Assembly: GCF_006345805.1 (NCBI RefSeq)
Contig: NC_043007.1
Span: 10,478,001-10,542,000, forward strand
Direction of reading: 5' to 3'
DNA length: 64,000 nucleotides
DNA from: Octopus sinensis
Taxonomy: Eukaryota
The notes under the pieces were generated by a model. That model was not told the DNA's origin. It saw only the letters and a program-made list of their open reading frames with translations, and made no database searches. Shown piece by piece: positions 63,456 to 64,000 of this stretch. Position 1 is the stretch's first letter; the number at the start of each line of letters is the position of its first letter. The translations under genes and the position numbers were made by a program.

Positions 63456-64000
63456 AAACGAACAATAAATAATGAAAAAAATAACAGATAAGAAAGAATC
63501 TTGAGAAAAAGCAATAACAAAACAATCAGATCGAATATGAGGAAACAAAGAAGAAACGGATGTGTGAAATAAGAACTAAGACATTCTGAAAGATAAAAAT
63601 AATACAAGTATATCGAAACTATTGACAGGTTCCAAGGTCAGAAATAACCATATAGAAATTAACATTTTTGTTTTCACTAGAAAATATTTTCTTTTAACCA
63701 AATCTTTTCAATTTTCCAATTTTTGTTTTAATTTGAAACATGTAATTTTATAACGCAACGTTAGAAATGTATATGAGGAAGTAAAGGAATTTTGTTCAAG
63801 ATTTGGTAAAAGCTAGAAAAGGAAAGAAATATATTGAAACTACTGAAAAATTCAAAGGACATTTCTAAACGAACGATAATCTTTTTGTAAATTAAACGTA
63901 TTTTTAATATAAGATATTTTCCTATAACTAAATGTCTTAGATTTATAAAAAAAAAACATAATTCTTTGCTTTTAAATTATACCTACTCATTGGGTCACGT

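Overview
AT-rich, repeat-saturated eukaryotic DNA. The SINE families, TTAGGG repeats and dense microsatellites suggest a cephalopod (Octopus-like) genome; this is an inference. Almost all ORFs in the supplied track are microsatellite or transposon artefacts. The only convincing intact genes are two intronless, SAM-less SAMHD1-family HD-domain paralogs in head-to-head orientation (56326-57549 minus, 62214-63455 plus), which arose by inverted duplication including the upstream region. Copy A keeps the metal-binding HD quartet but has an altered substrate pocket. Copy B has a fully open ORF yet has lost the catalytic residues (equivalents of human D207N, H215Y, H233N, D311N, K312Q), so it is a candidate enzyme/pseudoenzyme pair. 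The second main signal is about ten type I hammerhead-ribozyme cores in Penelope-like repeats. Several have a co-varying 8-nt palindromic helix III and a long stem II, and several sit as mirror pairs in fold-back palindromes. The rest is four modular tRNA-derived SINE families, non-autonomous Helitrons, Merlin-like MITEs with internal telomeric repeats, decayed mariner/Tc1/pogo transposons, R4-, Tx1- and CR1-like LINE relics, and one weak candidate for a Cys-rich secreted peptide. All alignments were done by eye, and repeat boundaries are approximate.
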